Shown here: positions 19,399-28,730 of the stretch, in pieces | Layout: the number at the start of each line of letters is the position of its first letter | Numbering within the stretch: the stretch's first letter is position 1 | From: Bacteriovoracia bacterium | Lineage (GTDB): Bacteria; Bdellovibrionota; UBA1018; CAIPTA01 | NCBI GenBank assembly: GCA_050246755.1 | Contig: JBFWVL010000006.1 | Span: 1-64,000 of the forward strand | Length of the DNA: 64,000 bases | Direction: 5' to 3' | Made by a program: the position numbers and the translations under genes | Notes under the pieces: generated by a model | Seen by the model: only the letters and a program-made list of their open reading frames with translations | Database searches by the model: none | What the model was told of the DNA's origin: nothing

Positions 19399-21819
19399 CT
19401 ACTCCAACGTCTTCATCAATTCGATGAATTTCTCATCGGTGATGGATTCTTCAACAAAAGAGCCATACGACCTGGCAACGGCCACGTCATCAAGGCCCGA
19501 AACTTCGCTTTCCACAACGAAATCTCCGACTAGCGCCTTCAGCTTACTCCAATCATCGAAGAGATATTCTTGGAGCAACGGAAGAATGCTGCCAAACCAT
19601 GTCGCCTTGAGCGCGGCGATCCCACTCGCTCTCTCACCCATGAAATAGCTGTGTCCGATCTGGTATTCGCTTCCAAGAAGCGCGGCGATTTTCTCGTTGA
19701 GCCGGGAGAACACGGTTCTTAGATCGAATCCAGAAATGGCGTCGGCGTTCACAAGGGATCTATCGGGCCGCACTGCCACGAATTGGAATCGACGGCGAAG
19801 GGCCATATCGACCAACGCGATGGAGCGGTCAACCGAATTCATCGTGCCGATGATATGCACATTTTCCGGCACTCCGAACTCGATGCCGGAATATGGCAAG
19901 GTGACGGTTACTTCGTGATTCGCGCCGATTCTTTTATCGGGCTCAATGAGAGTGATTAGCTCTCCAAATATCTTCGAGATGTTACCCCGGTTTATTTCGT
20001 CGATGAAGATGGCGTAGTGCTTTTCCGGATTCTCCAGGGCTCGTTGGCAGATCCGCCGAAAAACGCCGGGGCGGACCTCATACCGAATGCTGGAACCGTC
20101 CTCTGAGGATTCTGGCCTGATACCTTCGACAAATTCTTCGTAGGAGTAGCTTTGGTGAAAAGTCACCATTTCATATCTGCGGCTGGTTCCGATGGAGCTG
20201 TTGGCTCTTAACCGATTCACTTCTTCGACAAGATCCTCAAGCTGCTCCTCCCAATTGTTGGCAAGAAACCACTTCGAATCATCGGATTTATCAACAACAA
20301 GTGGTTCTTGGCGCTTCTCAAAATTCACGGTCTTCGATCCCGCCACCGCATGAGACTGGAGAGTTCCCCAAATCGTGTTTTTGGGGGTCTTTGTCGCCGA
20401 TTGCTTCGACTTAATTTGAATGAACTCGTGTTCAAAAAGCTCCGGCACCGTCACGGATTTCCTCAGATCAATCATCGCGGCGGCGATCACTTCCCACCAT
20501 GTCGCTTCTTGCACCCAGCGTACAATCTGATCGGACGAGCTGTTCTCGTCGCTATCTTCAAAATGCGATTGCAGTTGAATAATCTGATAGGTTTTCCCTG
20601 TTCCCGGCGGCCCCCAATAGATGATATTTCGCGGGCGGGACGTGTCGAACATGGGGCCTCCAGTTGGCTTGCGCTCTCGGGTGGATTTCGCACCCCCGCC
20701 AAGGATGGGAGAGAAAATCATCTTGATGATTTTCTCCAACCTGACAGGCTCGAAGGTTTTGCGATAGGTGATATTATCAACGTCGAAGCCAGGGCCTTTG
20801 TACTTCCAATCTACCTTGAGGTTGACCCCATCGCCCATATTCTCCGTGATGATGCCGAGGGCCTTCACCTTGAGGAAAGAAGTTTTCCTTCCTGGCCCCT
20901 TGGTGGATGAGCTTTTGATTGCGATGAAATCGCCCGGCTTGGCGGACTTGACGCTCTCGACGGATTTATCGCCCGAGTTCGCATCGTATCCATTTCTCCA
21001 CACGCCGTCTTTGACGAACTCTGCGGTCTTGTCTTCCGGAGCGCTATCGTTGTTCCAAACTGCCCCAGCGACCCAATAGGTTATGCCGGGACTCTGTTCT
21101 TCAGAGTCTTCTTCGCCGCTTTCATCAACCAGGCCATCATCTTGGCTCTGCTCGTAGGCTGCCAGGCTGATTTCAGCAAAGGTCTTTCCTGGAATCGCTT
21201 TTCTGACCTTCTCCAAAAAGGACTCGTAGGCTGAATAGGGATTGTCCAGATTCCGCCATTTCTTCAGGACGCTTGTGATTGAAGGGTCTATAGAATCCAG
21301 ATATTGCCTGGTGCGCCGGTCACGAGGAAGGTATTTGTCGGGCCAAACAATGAAGCAAATCGTAGAAAGATAGGTCAGCCCTGTGCCCGAGCTCTCCAAG
21401 GCCGCATTGAAATGCTTGGCTCTCATTTCGCCTGTGGCAAGATCGCGGGCGAAATTCCACAGCGCGCCGAACTCATGTCCTTTTCTGTCAGACTGGAATG
21501 GGAAAAACCAATAGGCCATGTTTTGAAAAATCGGAATCCCAGCGAAGTCCTTCGGAATCTCCGAGGAGAGATTGAGCACTTGTTTCGCCTTCTGGCAGTA
21601 TGCGATGCGCTTTTCATCGCGTTCTTTGCGGTTGAAACGCGCCAGAAAAGTGCATGGCTCAAGCTCGTCAAGGCGGAATTCCTTCCCGGAAGAATCACGG
21701 TCCATCATCGCCTTCTCTGGAAATATCTCGTAGGCGACCTTGGCCAGTGACTTTGAGTCGTACTCCTTCACGACCTTCAAAAACAATTCGTTGTAGAACT
21801 TCACCCAACTGAACGACAT
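19399..21819 (-). CDS. mcrB: McrB-family AAA+ GTPase with extra specificity domains
   Basis: GPPGTGKT, TFHQSYSYEEFVEG, IDEINRGN, GTMNSVDRS, ALRRRF, IGHSYF. Confidence 0.92.
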   Translation of the reverse strand: MSFSWVKFYNELFLKVVKEYDSKSLAKVAYEIFPEKAMMDRDSSGKEFRLDELEPCTFLARFNRKERDEKRIAYCQKAKQVLNLSSEIPKDFAGIPIFQNMAYWFFPFQSDRKGHEFGALWNFARDLATGEMRAKHFNAALESSGTGLTYLSTICFIVWPDKYLPRDRRTRQYLDSIDPSITSVLKKWRNLDNPYSAYESFLEKVRKAIPGKTFAEISLAAYEQSQDDGLVDESGEEDSEEQSPGITYWVAGAVWNNDSAPEDKTAEFVKDGVWRNGYDANSGDKSVESVKSAKPGDFIAIKSSSTKGPGRKTSFLKVKALGIITENMGDGVNLKVDWKYKGPGFDVDNITYRKTFEPVRLEKIIKMIFSPILGGGAKSTRERKPTGGPMFDTSRPRNIIYWGPPGTGKTYQIIQLQSHFEDSDENSSSDQIVRWVQEATWWEVIAAAMIDLRKSVTVPELFEHEFIQIKSKQSATKTPKNTIWGTLQSHAVAGSKTVNFEKRQEPLVVDKSDDSKWFLANNWEEQLEDLVEEVNRLRANSSIGTSRRYEMVTFHQSYSYEEFVEGIRPESSEDGSSIRYEVRPGVFRRICQRALENPEKHYAIFIDEINRGNISKIFGELITLIEPDKRIGANHEVTVTLPYSGIEFGVPENVHIIGTMNSVDRSIALVDMALRRRFQFVAVRPDRSLVNADAISGFDLRTVFSRLNEKIAALLGSEYQIGHSYFMGERASGIAALKATWFGSILPLLQEYLFDDWSKLKALVGDFVVESEVSGLDDVAVARSYGSFVEESITDEKFIELMKTLE

Positions 21820-21826
21820 ACCAACC

Positions 21827-23845
21827 TCAAGCTGCTTTCCGAGCTGTTTTTTCGATTTCGTGCTTCCAATATTCCCAGATCATCACCATCGCGAATGTGT
21901 CCAGCTCACAGTATTTCAGGAGCGCCTTGGCGACGCGTTCGCATTCGGCCTCCGTCATTTCCGTGAACTGCATACGGGAGTATGCGGTCATCGCCGCGCC
22001 ACCATCCGCGATGCTTCCATCCATAATCAGCGAATCCATTTCCTCAAGATCCAGATCGGAGAATACGGGCGGCAGACGCTTGTACGGGTCTTTCACGACT
22101 CCGCTTGCGTCGGCCTCGATCCATTTCCAATCTTCGAAATTCAGGCTTCGAACACCGTCGGCTGCTCCGTAAACCGGGCTCTGATATTTCTTCCTCAGAA
22201 AGTCCGAGGCGTTCAGGATGGCGGGAAGCACCTTTTTGATCGAATTCGAGCCCTTCATGTTTGGATGATAGAAATATTTCTTCACCAAATCGCAGAGGTC
22301 GATCATGCAGCGCGGTCCTGATACAGATTTTCCAGATCCACCGGAGTAGGAGGTGATTGATTCGATGAATCGAACCAAGTCATCACGATCCTTGATCGGC
22401 TCTTCCCAGGAGAGAAGTTGATCTTTGATTTGGTTCAAGACCGTGTTTTCGTGAGCTGCGTATCTGAAGATCGTTCCATTGTCTCCTTCAAGGGATTTTT
22501 TTAGCGCCCGGACAAAATCAAAGTTGGGGAATTTTCCCTTTTCGCGGTTGATGTACTCGCCGACATGAGCGATGGTGCCGTCCTTCTCGACCCGATGGTG
22601 AGAAAATTGGAATGCAATCTGCTCATACGGCCTGCGGCCCTTATGAAAAGGAATGGCAACCATCGTGGTTTCAAAGTCGATGAAGTGGAGAGGATAGCGC
22701 CAAGTAGAGAACTCCTTCGCCAGACCGTGTTTGTCTATGAACGGAGTCTGATCCTTGTTTTTGACTTTCTCCACCTGGAGCCACTGACGCTCTGAAGAGG
22801 AGAGGCCGATGCTATCGCCGGATTTGCTGGGGGCAATATCGACTTCGGACAACTGATCCATGAACAGCGTTCCACTTTCGATTAGATCGCCAGATTTCCT
22901 GAAGTTCCAGATGTCGAAGACAAACTCTTTTTCGAAATCGCCGGGTTTCAGATTTTGCGCGGCCTGCCAGCAGTGCTCGAACCCGCTTTTCTTTCCCTGG
23001 GATTTCAGTTCTTTTTCGATGCGGAATTCGCATGACTTGCACTGCGAACCGACCACCGGCCTGACAAAATTCCGGTTTACGCAGGTTTCGGCCAGGAAAT
23101 CCACCAACTCAGGGAATGGCAGAGCTTGCTCCGCGATTTCGTAGGTGGAGTTCCATACAACGTCGATTTCATTGGATACGGGAACGCGCACAAGAAGGCG
23201 GTCACCAAGAGATTCCTCGCTAACGCCGTCTGCCGCGCGCGCGGAAGTGCGCCCATCGGCCGCCTTCTCCAAGAAAAATTTCTGGTTGATCCCATCAATA
23301 GAAGCCTTGGCCGACTTATCGGCGAGCATCAGAGAGCCGGAGACTTTCGCGGACGGAATGGCGCATTTCACAACGTAGCATTGGAAAGCCACGTCAATCA
23401 GGTACGGCTCCCAAGCCGAACTCAGCTTTTTCACGCCCTTCTTGAGCTGTGATTTATTGTAGAACTGATCTTCTTCGTGCGGATCGTAGCTCTTCGCCTT
23501 GACCTCAATGATCTCAATGGTGTCGCCGTTCTTAATGAGGATGTCGGCGCGGATGAATAGATTTTTGTGCTGGATCGCGGCCTCGAAGATGATGGCGGAT
23601 TTTTGCTTTAACAGCTCGTTGGTTTGCTGGACTGCCTCGACTTTATCGAGCGTTTTGATTTCGACGCCGCCAGGGTGGTAGATTTTCGCCAGCTCGCCGA
23701 CTTGGAAGCCGCCTTCCGCCAGGGCTTCGAGGAATGAGTTGTCGATATTCGAATTCCCATATGCGGGATCATCCAAGAAGAAGAGTTTGGTGGGGCATTC
23801 AAAACCGATTTTGAATCTCGATTTTGTCAGAAAGCGAACCGACAT
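21827..23845 (-). CDS. DUF2779-domain protein (PD-(D/E)XK nuclease-like N-terminus plus RNase H-like domain)
   Basis: LTKSRF..C, RADIL..IEVKAK, CKSCEF..C, FIDFET..PYEQIAFQFS, GSNSIKKVLP, YCELDT. Confidence 0.8.
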   Translation of the reverse strand: MSVRFLTKSRFKIGFECPTKLFFLDDPAYGNSNIDNSFLEALAEGGFQVGELAKIYHPGGVEIKTLDKVEAVQQTNELLKQKSAIIFEAAIQHKNLFIRADILIKNGDTIEIIEVKAKSYDPHEEDQFYNKSQLKKGVKKLSSAWEPYLIDVAFQCYVVKCAIPSAKVSGSLMLADKSAKASIDGINQKFFLEKAADGRTSARAADGVSEESLGDRLLVRVPVSNEIDVVWNSTYEIAEQALPFPELVDFLAETCVNRNFVRPVVGSQCKSCEFRIEKELKSQGKKSGFEHCWQAAQNLKPGDFEKEFVFDIWNFRKSGDLIESGTLFMDQLSEVDIAPSKSGDSIGLSSSERQWLQVEKVKNKDQTPFIDKHGLAKEFSTWRYPLHFIDFETTMVAIPFHKGRRPYEQIAFQFSHHRVEKDGTIAHVGEYINREKGKFPNFDFVRALKKSLEGDNGTIFRYAAHENTVLNQIKDQLLSWEEPIKDRDDLVRFIESITSYSGGSGKSVSGPRCMIDLCDLVKKYFYHPNMKGSNSIKKVLPAILNASDFLRKKYQSPVYGAADGVRSLNFEDWKWIEADASGVVKDPYKRLPPVFSDLDLEEMDSLIMDGSIADGGAAMTAYSRMQFTEMTEAECERVAKALLKYCELDTFAMVMIWEYWKHEIEKTARKAA

Positions 23846-23971
23846 GATGCCCCCTCAAATTGAAATAACCCGAGGGCTTATCGGCACTTACGCATTAAAA
23901 CTGAATCAGCCAAAGGTGTTGGCTCGGCCTTTGGTCGAGATAGCAGAAATTGGTCGGATCAACGGCGGCGT

Positions 23972-26608
23972 CTAAACGGTGCCGTTTACGACGTAACGAT
24001 AGGTGCTCTTTGAGTGGTGCGTCTTTGGAAAAACGAACGCCACGGCAAAGGCATCGCCCGCCGCCCGAAGCGGCATGGTCTGAGAGGGCGAATCCAGGTG
24101 CGTTTTGATCTCCTCCTCCGTCATCTGGAGGTTGGGACTGAGTGCATAAAGCATGAGCAGGCCACGGTCCCGTGGGCGAAGGTTCTGGCGGAAATACACT
24201 TCCGTTAGCTCGGGCTCACTCTTGAAGATCTCCTCGGTGGTTCTCACGTCCGCGTTCAAGAGCTGGTCCTTGAGGTCGATCAGCTCGTCTCTGGGTGCGG
24301 TGATAACCTTGATATGATCCGCGCCTGGATCTCGCTCGGATCTGGTCTTTTTCATCACGGAACGATCCACCTTAAAGACGCTGCGGCCCGACCCAATATC
24401 AAGGGAAGTCCCTGTTTTGGGCGACATGACCGCCACGGACCATTTCGTAAGCTCTCCCGCTTTCGTCAAATCGTGAATGTAGTCCACAATCATTTTCGCG
24501 GTGAACCGGATATTCGCCGCGCTGAAGTTGTATCTTTCCATGAACTGAAGAATCAGCTCGGGGCTCACGTCCCGATACAGGAGGGACGCAGACAAGTCTT
24601 CGAAGCCCGACGCGACGGATTTTCCGTGGTACTTCTCGATGCCATCAAGAAGTTGAACAACGGCCTGAAAATTTGAGCGCAGGAGAGCGGCATCCTTCAG
24701 ATTCATATACAACGCTTGAATCTTGGACGCCGAATAGGTCAGAGAAGCGGACTGCGCGCTTCTCATTTTGAGGTTCGATGTCACGGTCATTGTTGGGTGA
24801 GTTCGAATTCTCAGCCCTACGTCTTTAGGGCGTTCGCGGTTCGCAGCCATCGTTTTGATCTCGTCCCGAACCTCCTGCTCCACGGTTGCCAAGTGGTAGA
24901 ACTTCGATTGAAGATCATCCGAGACGTAGATCCTCGTCAGATCAACATAGTCAGGTCTGTATCCGAACCATCGTCCCATTTGTAGAAGCGTGTCGTACCC
25001 CTTAGATCCGCGAACGAAGTAGCTGGTCGTCAGCCCTTCGAGAGTAAGACCCCGCGACAAGGTGTTCCCGCCGATGACGATTCCCCAAAACGGATCTGGC
25101 CGGTCGTAGGTCAGACGCTCCTCGGACTCATGATTCTCCATGATGATCTCAAGGCGCTCGATGAATTTCTCCGTATTTTTCCAGATCGTCGAAAACGGCG
25201 GCACGACGGCCGCGTTGAATGTCTTGGACGAGGATACAGGAAGGAAATCCTTTTCCCAAATCGCCTGAAGGCGCTCCATCAGCTCCGGAGATTCCTCTTT
25301 TCGATCCAGCTTCAGATTCAGAACGTAGTCGTCGAAGGCATCTTTCAAAGTCATGTGTTGAGCGACCAAATGGGACGTGTGCATCAGCATGGTCATATGC
25401 TGCTTCCACTGGTTTCGCGCCAACCGCGCCGAGCAGGCGACAATGAACGCGTCGAACGCTTCGATCATAGACGGCAGAATCGGATCTTCCGGCAGAGTTC
25501 CTTTGGCCTTTCTCTTTCCCGAAAGCCTGGCCGCTTCGTTATCTGGGATCGTGCGAATCACAGGAAGGCCAGTCAACGCGCCTCTGGGCTCAATCGTATC
25601 CCGCCCAAACAGCTCTTCCGTTCCGACATACCCAACTGGCTTTTCAAGGCTTACCAGAAAATCTTTCGGGAACAGATCGTCGTCAACGGAAGCGTCAATG
25701 AGGACGTTCGCAAACGGCGTCGCCGTGTATCCGACATAGCTGATAATCGGAAATCGTTTGATGATGTTCCGGATATGGTCATTGATGGCGGTGGGATCAT
25801 CTTCAGGGCGATTGGTGTTCACGCTGGCCTGATCGGACTCATCGTCGATAACGAGGGTCGGGCAACACCTCAAGGTTTCCTCGGAGGCTTCACTTAGCCA
25901 CGAGTTGAAGTTTCGCAACACCGCCGAATTTTTCTTCAACACGACCAGCGTGAAGCCGTCGCTTCCACCCAGAGCACGATTCGCGGTCACGAACTGCTTC
26001 TTTTGGAAATCGCCCTTTTCGTCCACCTTCGTCAGCGTCGTGCAGGCGGACTCCTTCGGAACAACGATTTCCTCATGTAAGCGGGCCTGGGTTTGCAGTC
26101 GAAGGATGTTGTGCATCCCCGCGAGCACCACGACGAGCTTGTAGCCGGCATCAACCGATTTGGAAATCACCGCCGAAAAGTTGGCGGTTTTCCCGCTTTG
26201 GACATAGCCGAGAACCAAGCCCTTCACGGCACGAGGAACCTGGGACTTCGGAGGAGCCAGATGCGCGACGACGGTTGAAGATGAATGATCGAGGCTTCGA
26301 ACCATATCATCAGACCAGGGGCGCGATTTCTTGTGTCTTAAAACTTCTGTCAAGAGCTGCCAATGCGACTGAGGATCATCGGACGGCCCCTTGTACCAGC
26401 TCTCATACTCCTGATCGTCAACGAGGGTGTTGACGGTTTGGGCGGCCCGGATCGTCGCGCTTTGAGCCTTAAACGCAGCCATTGCCGCCTCGATCTCCTC
26501 ATCCGAGGCGACAGCTCTCAGGCGGCGAGCGATGTCGCCCAGCGGACGCCCTAAAGCCAGGTGATCTTGGATCGAATCAATCAGGTATTGTTTGCGGTCT
26601 TCGCTCAT
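23972..26608 (-). CDS. Z1-domain SF2 helicase-like protein
   Basis: GYVQSGKT, IDDESDQAS, YVGYTATPFAN, GGNTLSRGLTLEGL, DTLLQMGRWFGYR. Confidence 0.88.
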   Translation of the reverse strand: MSEDRKQYLIDSIQDHLALGRPLGDIARRLRAVASDEEIEAAMAAFKAQSATIRAAQTVNTLVDDQEYESWYKGPSDDPQSHWQLLTEVLRHKKSRPWSDDMVRSLDHSSSTVVAHLAPPKSQVPRAVKGLVLGYVQSGKTANFSAVISKSVDAGYKLVVVLAGMHNILRLQTQARLHEEIVVPKESACTTLTKVDEKGDFQKKQFVTANRALGGSDGFTLVVLKKNSAVLRNFNSWLSEASEETLRCCPTLVIDDESDQASVNTNRPEDDPTAINDHIRNIIKRFPIISYVGYTATPFANVLIDASVDDDLFPKDFLVSLEKPVGYVGTEELFGRDTIEPRGALTGLPVIRTIPDNEAARLSGKRKAKGTLPEDPILPSMIEAFDAFIVACSARLARNQWKQHMTMLMHTSHLVAQHMTLKDAFDDYVLNLKLDRKEESPELMERLQAIWEKDFLPVSSSKTFNAAVVPPFSTIWKNTEKFIERLEIIMENHESEERLTYDRPDPFWGIVIGGNTLSRGLTLEGLTTSYFVRGSKGYDTLLQMGRWFGYRPDYVDLTRIYVSDDLQSKFYHLATVEQEVRDEIKTMAANRERPKDVGLRIRTHPTMTVTSNLKMRSAQSASLTYSASKIQALYMNLKDAALLRSNFQAVVQLLDGIEKYHGKSVASGFEDLSASLLYRDVSPELILQFMERYNFSAANIRFTAKMIVDYIHDLTKAGELTKWSVAVMSPKTGTSLDIGSGRSVFKVDRSVMKKTRSERDPGADHIKVITAPRDELIDLKDQLLNADVRTTEEIFKSEPELTEVYFRQNLRPRDRGLLMLYALSPNLQMTEEEIKTHLDSPSQTMPLRAAGDAFAVAFVFPKTHHSKSTYRYVVNGTV

Positions 26609-26762
26609 GGGCCTTCCAAACTGAGGTGATTTTCAAATTGTAGGCATCTTTTACAAATGACGCATTACGCCATGCGAAATGCCGTCCAAATAAGCACGTT
26701 TTTTGTTGAACATTGTCGAACGCAATTATACGACGCCATCCAATCGTTACGAGGGAACCGTT

Positions 26763-26963
26763 ATGAGTAAAGTGCGCGGCGTTCGCTTCTCAGAAAGCGA
26801 AGAGAAGCTGATCGAAGAATTTCTTCGAAAAAACACACTGCTAGATTTTTCTACTCTAGCAAAAGTCGCCATCCTGGAATTTATCAGGAAGCCGCAGATC
26901 AACCTCACACCTGTCGGAAGCCCCTCACGAAAGGAGAATCGAGATGTCAGACCAATTTCGTGA
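26763..26963 (+). CDS. Small RHH-like regulator
   Basis: GAGGG RBS; VRGVRFSESEEKLIEEF...FSTLAKVAILEFI. Confidence 0.55.
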   Translation: MSKVRGVRFSESEEKLIEEFLRKNTLLDFSTLAKVAILEFIRKPQINLTPVGSPSRKENRDVRPIS

Positions 26964-28347
26964 AGTCCTTCCTGGCCTGGAATCCAAAGTCATTCCGTTT
27001 CCGCTCAATAGCATTAGGGAAATCGCGGAGCCAAAAGAACAAGTCATCCTGCCGCCGACGCCCGTGTACGACAAGCTCTCTGCGGAAGCAGAAAAGCTAG
27101 ATCGTCTATCGAAGTATCCCTGCTCATTGGATTATGGGATCTACCGTGACTTGGAGCTGCGATTCATGGATAAGCCGATCAACGGCGGCATCGCCATGAA
27201 GACCGCATTTCGATTGGTGAATTCGCACAACACCTGCCAGCAGTGTCTCTATGCTTTCGAGGTCGATACCTACGGACGAGGATGCGCCCACAATTGCGTG
27301 TACTGCTATGCAAAAGCAGAGCTGACGGTTCACGGCTACTGGAATAATCCGATTCCGGTTCCGATTGATTTTAATGTCATAAGGAAAGCATTTTACACCG
27401 TCTTCGAAACCGACAAGCGGAACAAGTGGCGTGAGCTTCTGAATCGAAGAATTCCTCTTCGCATTGGTTCCATGAGTGATTCCTTCATGTGGTCGGACAC
27501 CAAATATAAGGTGACCCAGGAGCTGCTGAAGCTGCTCAAATTCTACGACTATCCCTATGTCATTTTCACCAGATCGGATTTGGTGGCGCATGATGACTAT
27601 ATCAAACTTCTCGATCCGAAGCTCGCCGCAGTTCAGTTCAGTATGTCTTCGACAAATGAAGAACTTATTCGGAAAATAGAGCCAGGCGCGCCTTCAGCAA
27701 AGCGGCGTCTCAAGGCTCTTCAGAAGCTCGCCGAGAGTGGCTACTGGACGACGGTTCGACTGAACCCGCTCTTCCCAATTTATCCAGATGGGTACTTCAC
27801 CAATCCGGACTTCAAGTGGGATGGACCGGTGCCGAAATTTGAATACAGCTCCTTTGATATGGTGGACGAGTTGGCGGCCCATAAGGTTCCCGCTGTCCTG
27901 GCCGGATTTGTTCGGTTCAGCCGCCTCTCACTCAATGGAATAGAAAGGGCCACCGGAGCAAACCTCCGGCAGTTCTACAATCGGGGGGAGGTCAACAAGT
28001 CAGTGCGTGACTTCCATTTCTCCGATAGAGAAATTCGCTACTACTACGAGCAGATTAAAGCGAAATGCAGACAGCATGGAATTCAATTCACGACGTGCTA
28101 TATCGGCAACGGCGACGGCCACTTCTGGAAGGACCAGGATCTATGGTCGAATAAAAAAGACTGTTGCAATGTGAAAGGGCGCGTGTCGGCATTTGGCCCT
28201 GATAGCCGTGAGATTCCGTTTTCGACTAGGTTGAAGTTTACCAACCATAAGTGCTCCGTACCAATGAGCGACCGGCTTCATGAGCCACTTGAAAAGCTAA
28301 AGGTTGCACGAGAAAGCACAGCGCAACAGCCAGAAAATTTCTTATGA
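26944..28347 (+). CDS. Spore-photoproduct-lyase-like radical SAM protein
   Basis: DTYGRGCAHNCVYCYA (CxxxCxxC), RIGSMSD, FTRS, IEPGAPS..RRL, RLNP; extra C-terminal cysteines. Confidence 0.85.
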   Translation: MSDQFREVLPGLESKVIPFPLNSIREIAEPKEQVILPPTPVYDKLSAEAEKLDRLSKYPCSLDYGIYRDLELRFMDKPINGGIAMKTAFRLVNSHNTCQQCLYAFEVDTYGRGCAHNCVYCYAKAELTVHGYWNNPIPVPIDFNVIRKAFYTVFETDKRNKWRELLNRRIPLRIGSMSDSFMWSDTKYKVTQELLKLLKFYDYPYVIFTRSDLVAHDDYIKLLDPKLAAVQFSMSSTNEELIRKIEPGAPSAKRRLKALQKLAESGYWTTVRLNPLFPIYPDGYFTNPDFKWDGPVPKFEYSSFDMVDELAAHKVPAVLAGFVRFSRLSLNGIERATGANLRQFYNRGEVNKSVRDFHFSDREIRYYYEQIKAKCRQHGIQFTTCYIGNGDGHFWKDQDLWSNKKDCCNVKGRVSAFGPDSREIPFSTRLKFTNHKCSVPMSDRLHEPLEKLKVARESTAQQPENFL

Positions 28348-28730
28348 GAAAGATCGCAGGTATCAACATTCAATTTCCTATTTCGCAACTCATATTGAAG
28401 GGCGAAAAAACAATTGAAACAAGAACCTATCCGATTCCAAGTCACTACGTTGGAAGGGAACTAGCAATTATCGAAACCCCCGGAGTTAACGGCGATTTCG
28501 AGGCGAGAATTGTTGGTACAATTATTTTTTCTGGCTGTTTTGCTTACGAAAATCAGCGGAGTTTCTACGCAGATCAATCCAGACATCGAGTTTCGAGCGC
28601 CTCTCCCTGGAGGTGGACTGATGAAAGGCCCAAATGGGGATGGGAGATCAGCAAAGTGGTTACTTTTGGAGCCCCCATCCCCGCACCAAAACGGCGAGGG
28701 ATTGTTTACACGAAAGACGTTGAGATTTAG
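28344..28730 (+). CDS. ASCH-domain protein
   Basis: INIQFP..LILKGEKTIETR; ATGA coupling to the radical SAM gene. Confidence 0.8.
   Translation: MRKIAGINIQFPISQLILKGEKTIETRTYPIPSHYVGRELAIIETPGVNGDFEARIVGTIIFSGCFAYENQRSFYADQSRHRVSSASPWRWTDERPKWGWEISKVVTFGAPIPAPKRRGIVYTKDVEI

Noticed and set aside
21827-23845. Cas4-like cysteine/nuclease pattern suggesting a CRISPR locus
   Set aside because: No cas1/cas2 and no repeat-spacer array seen in the window; fits DUF2779.
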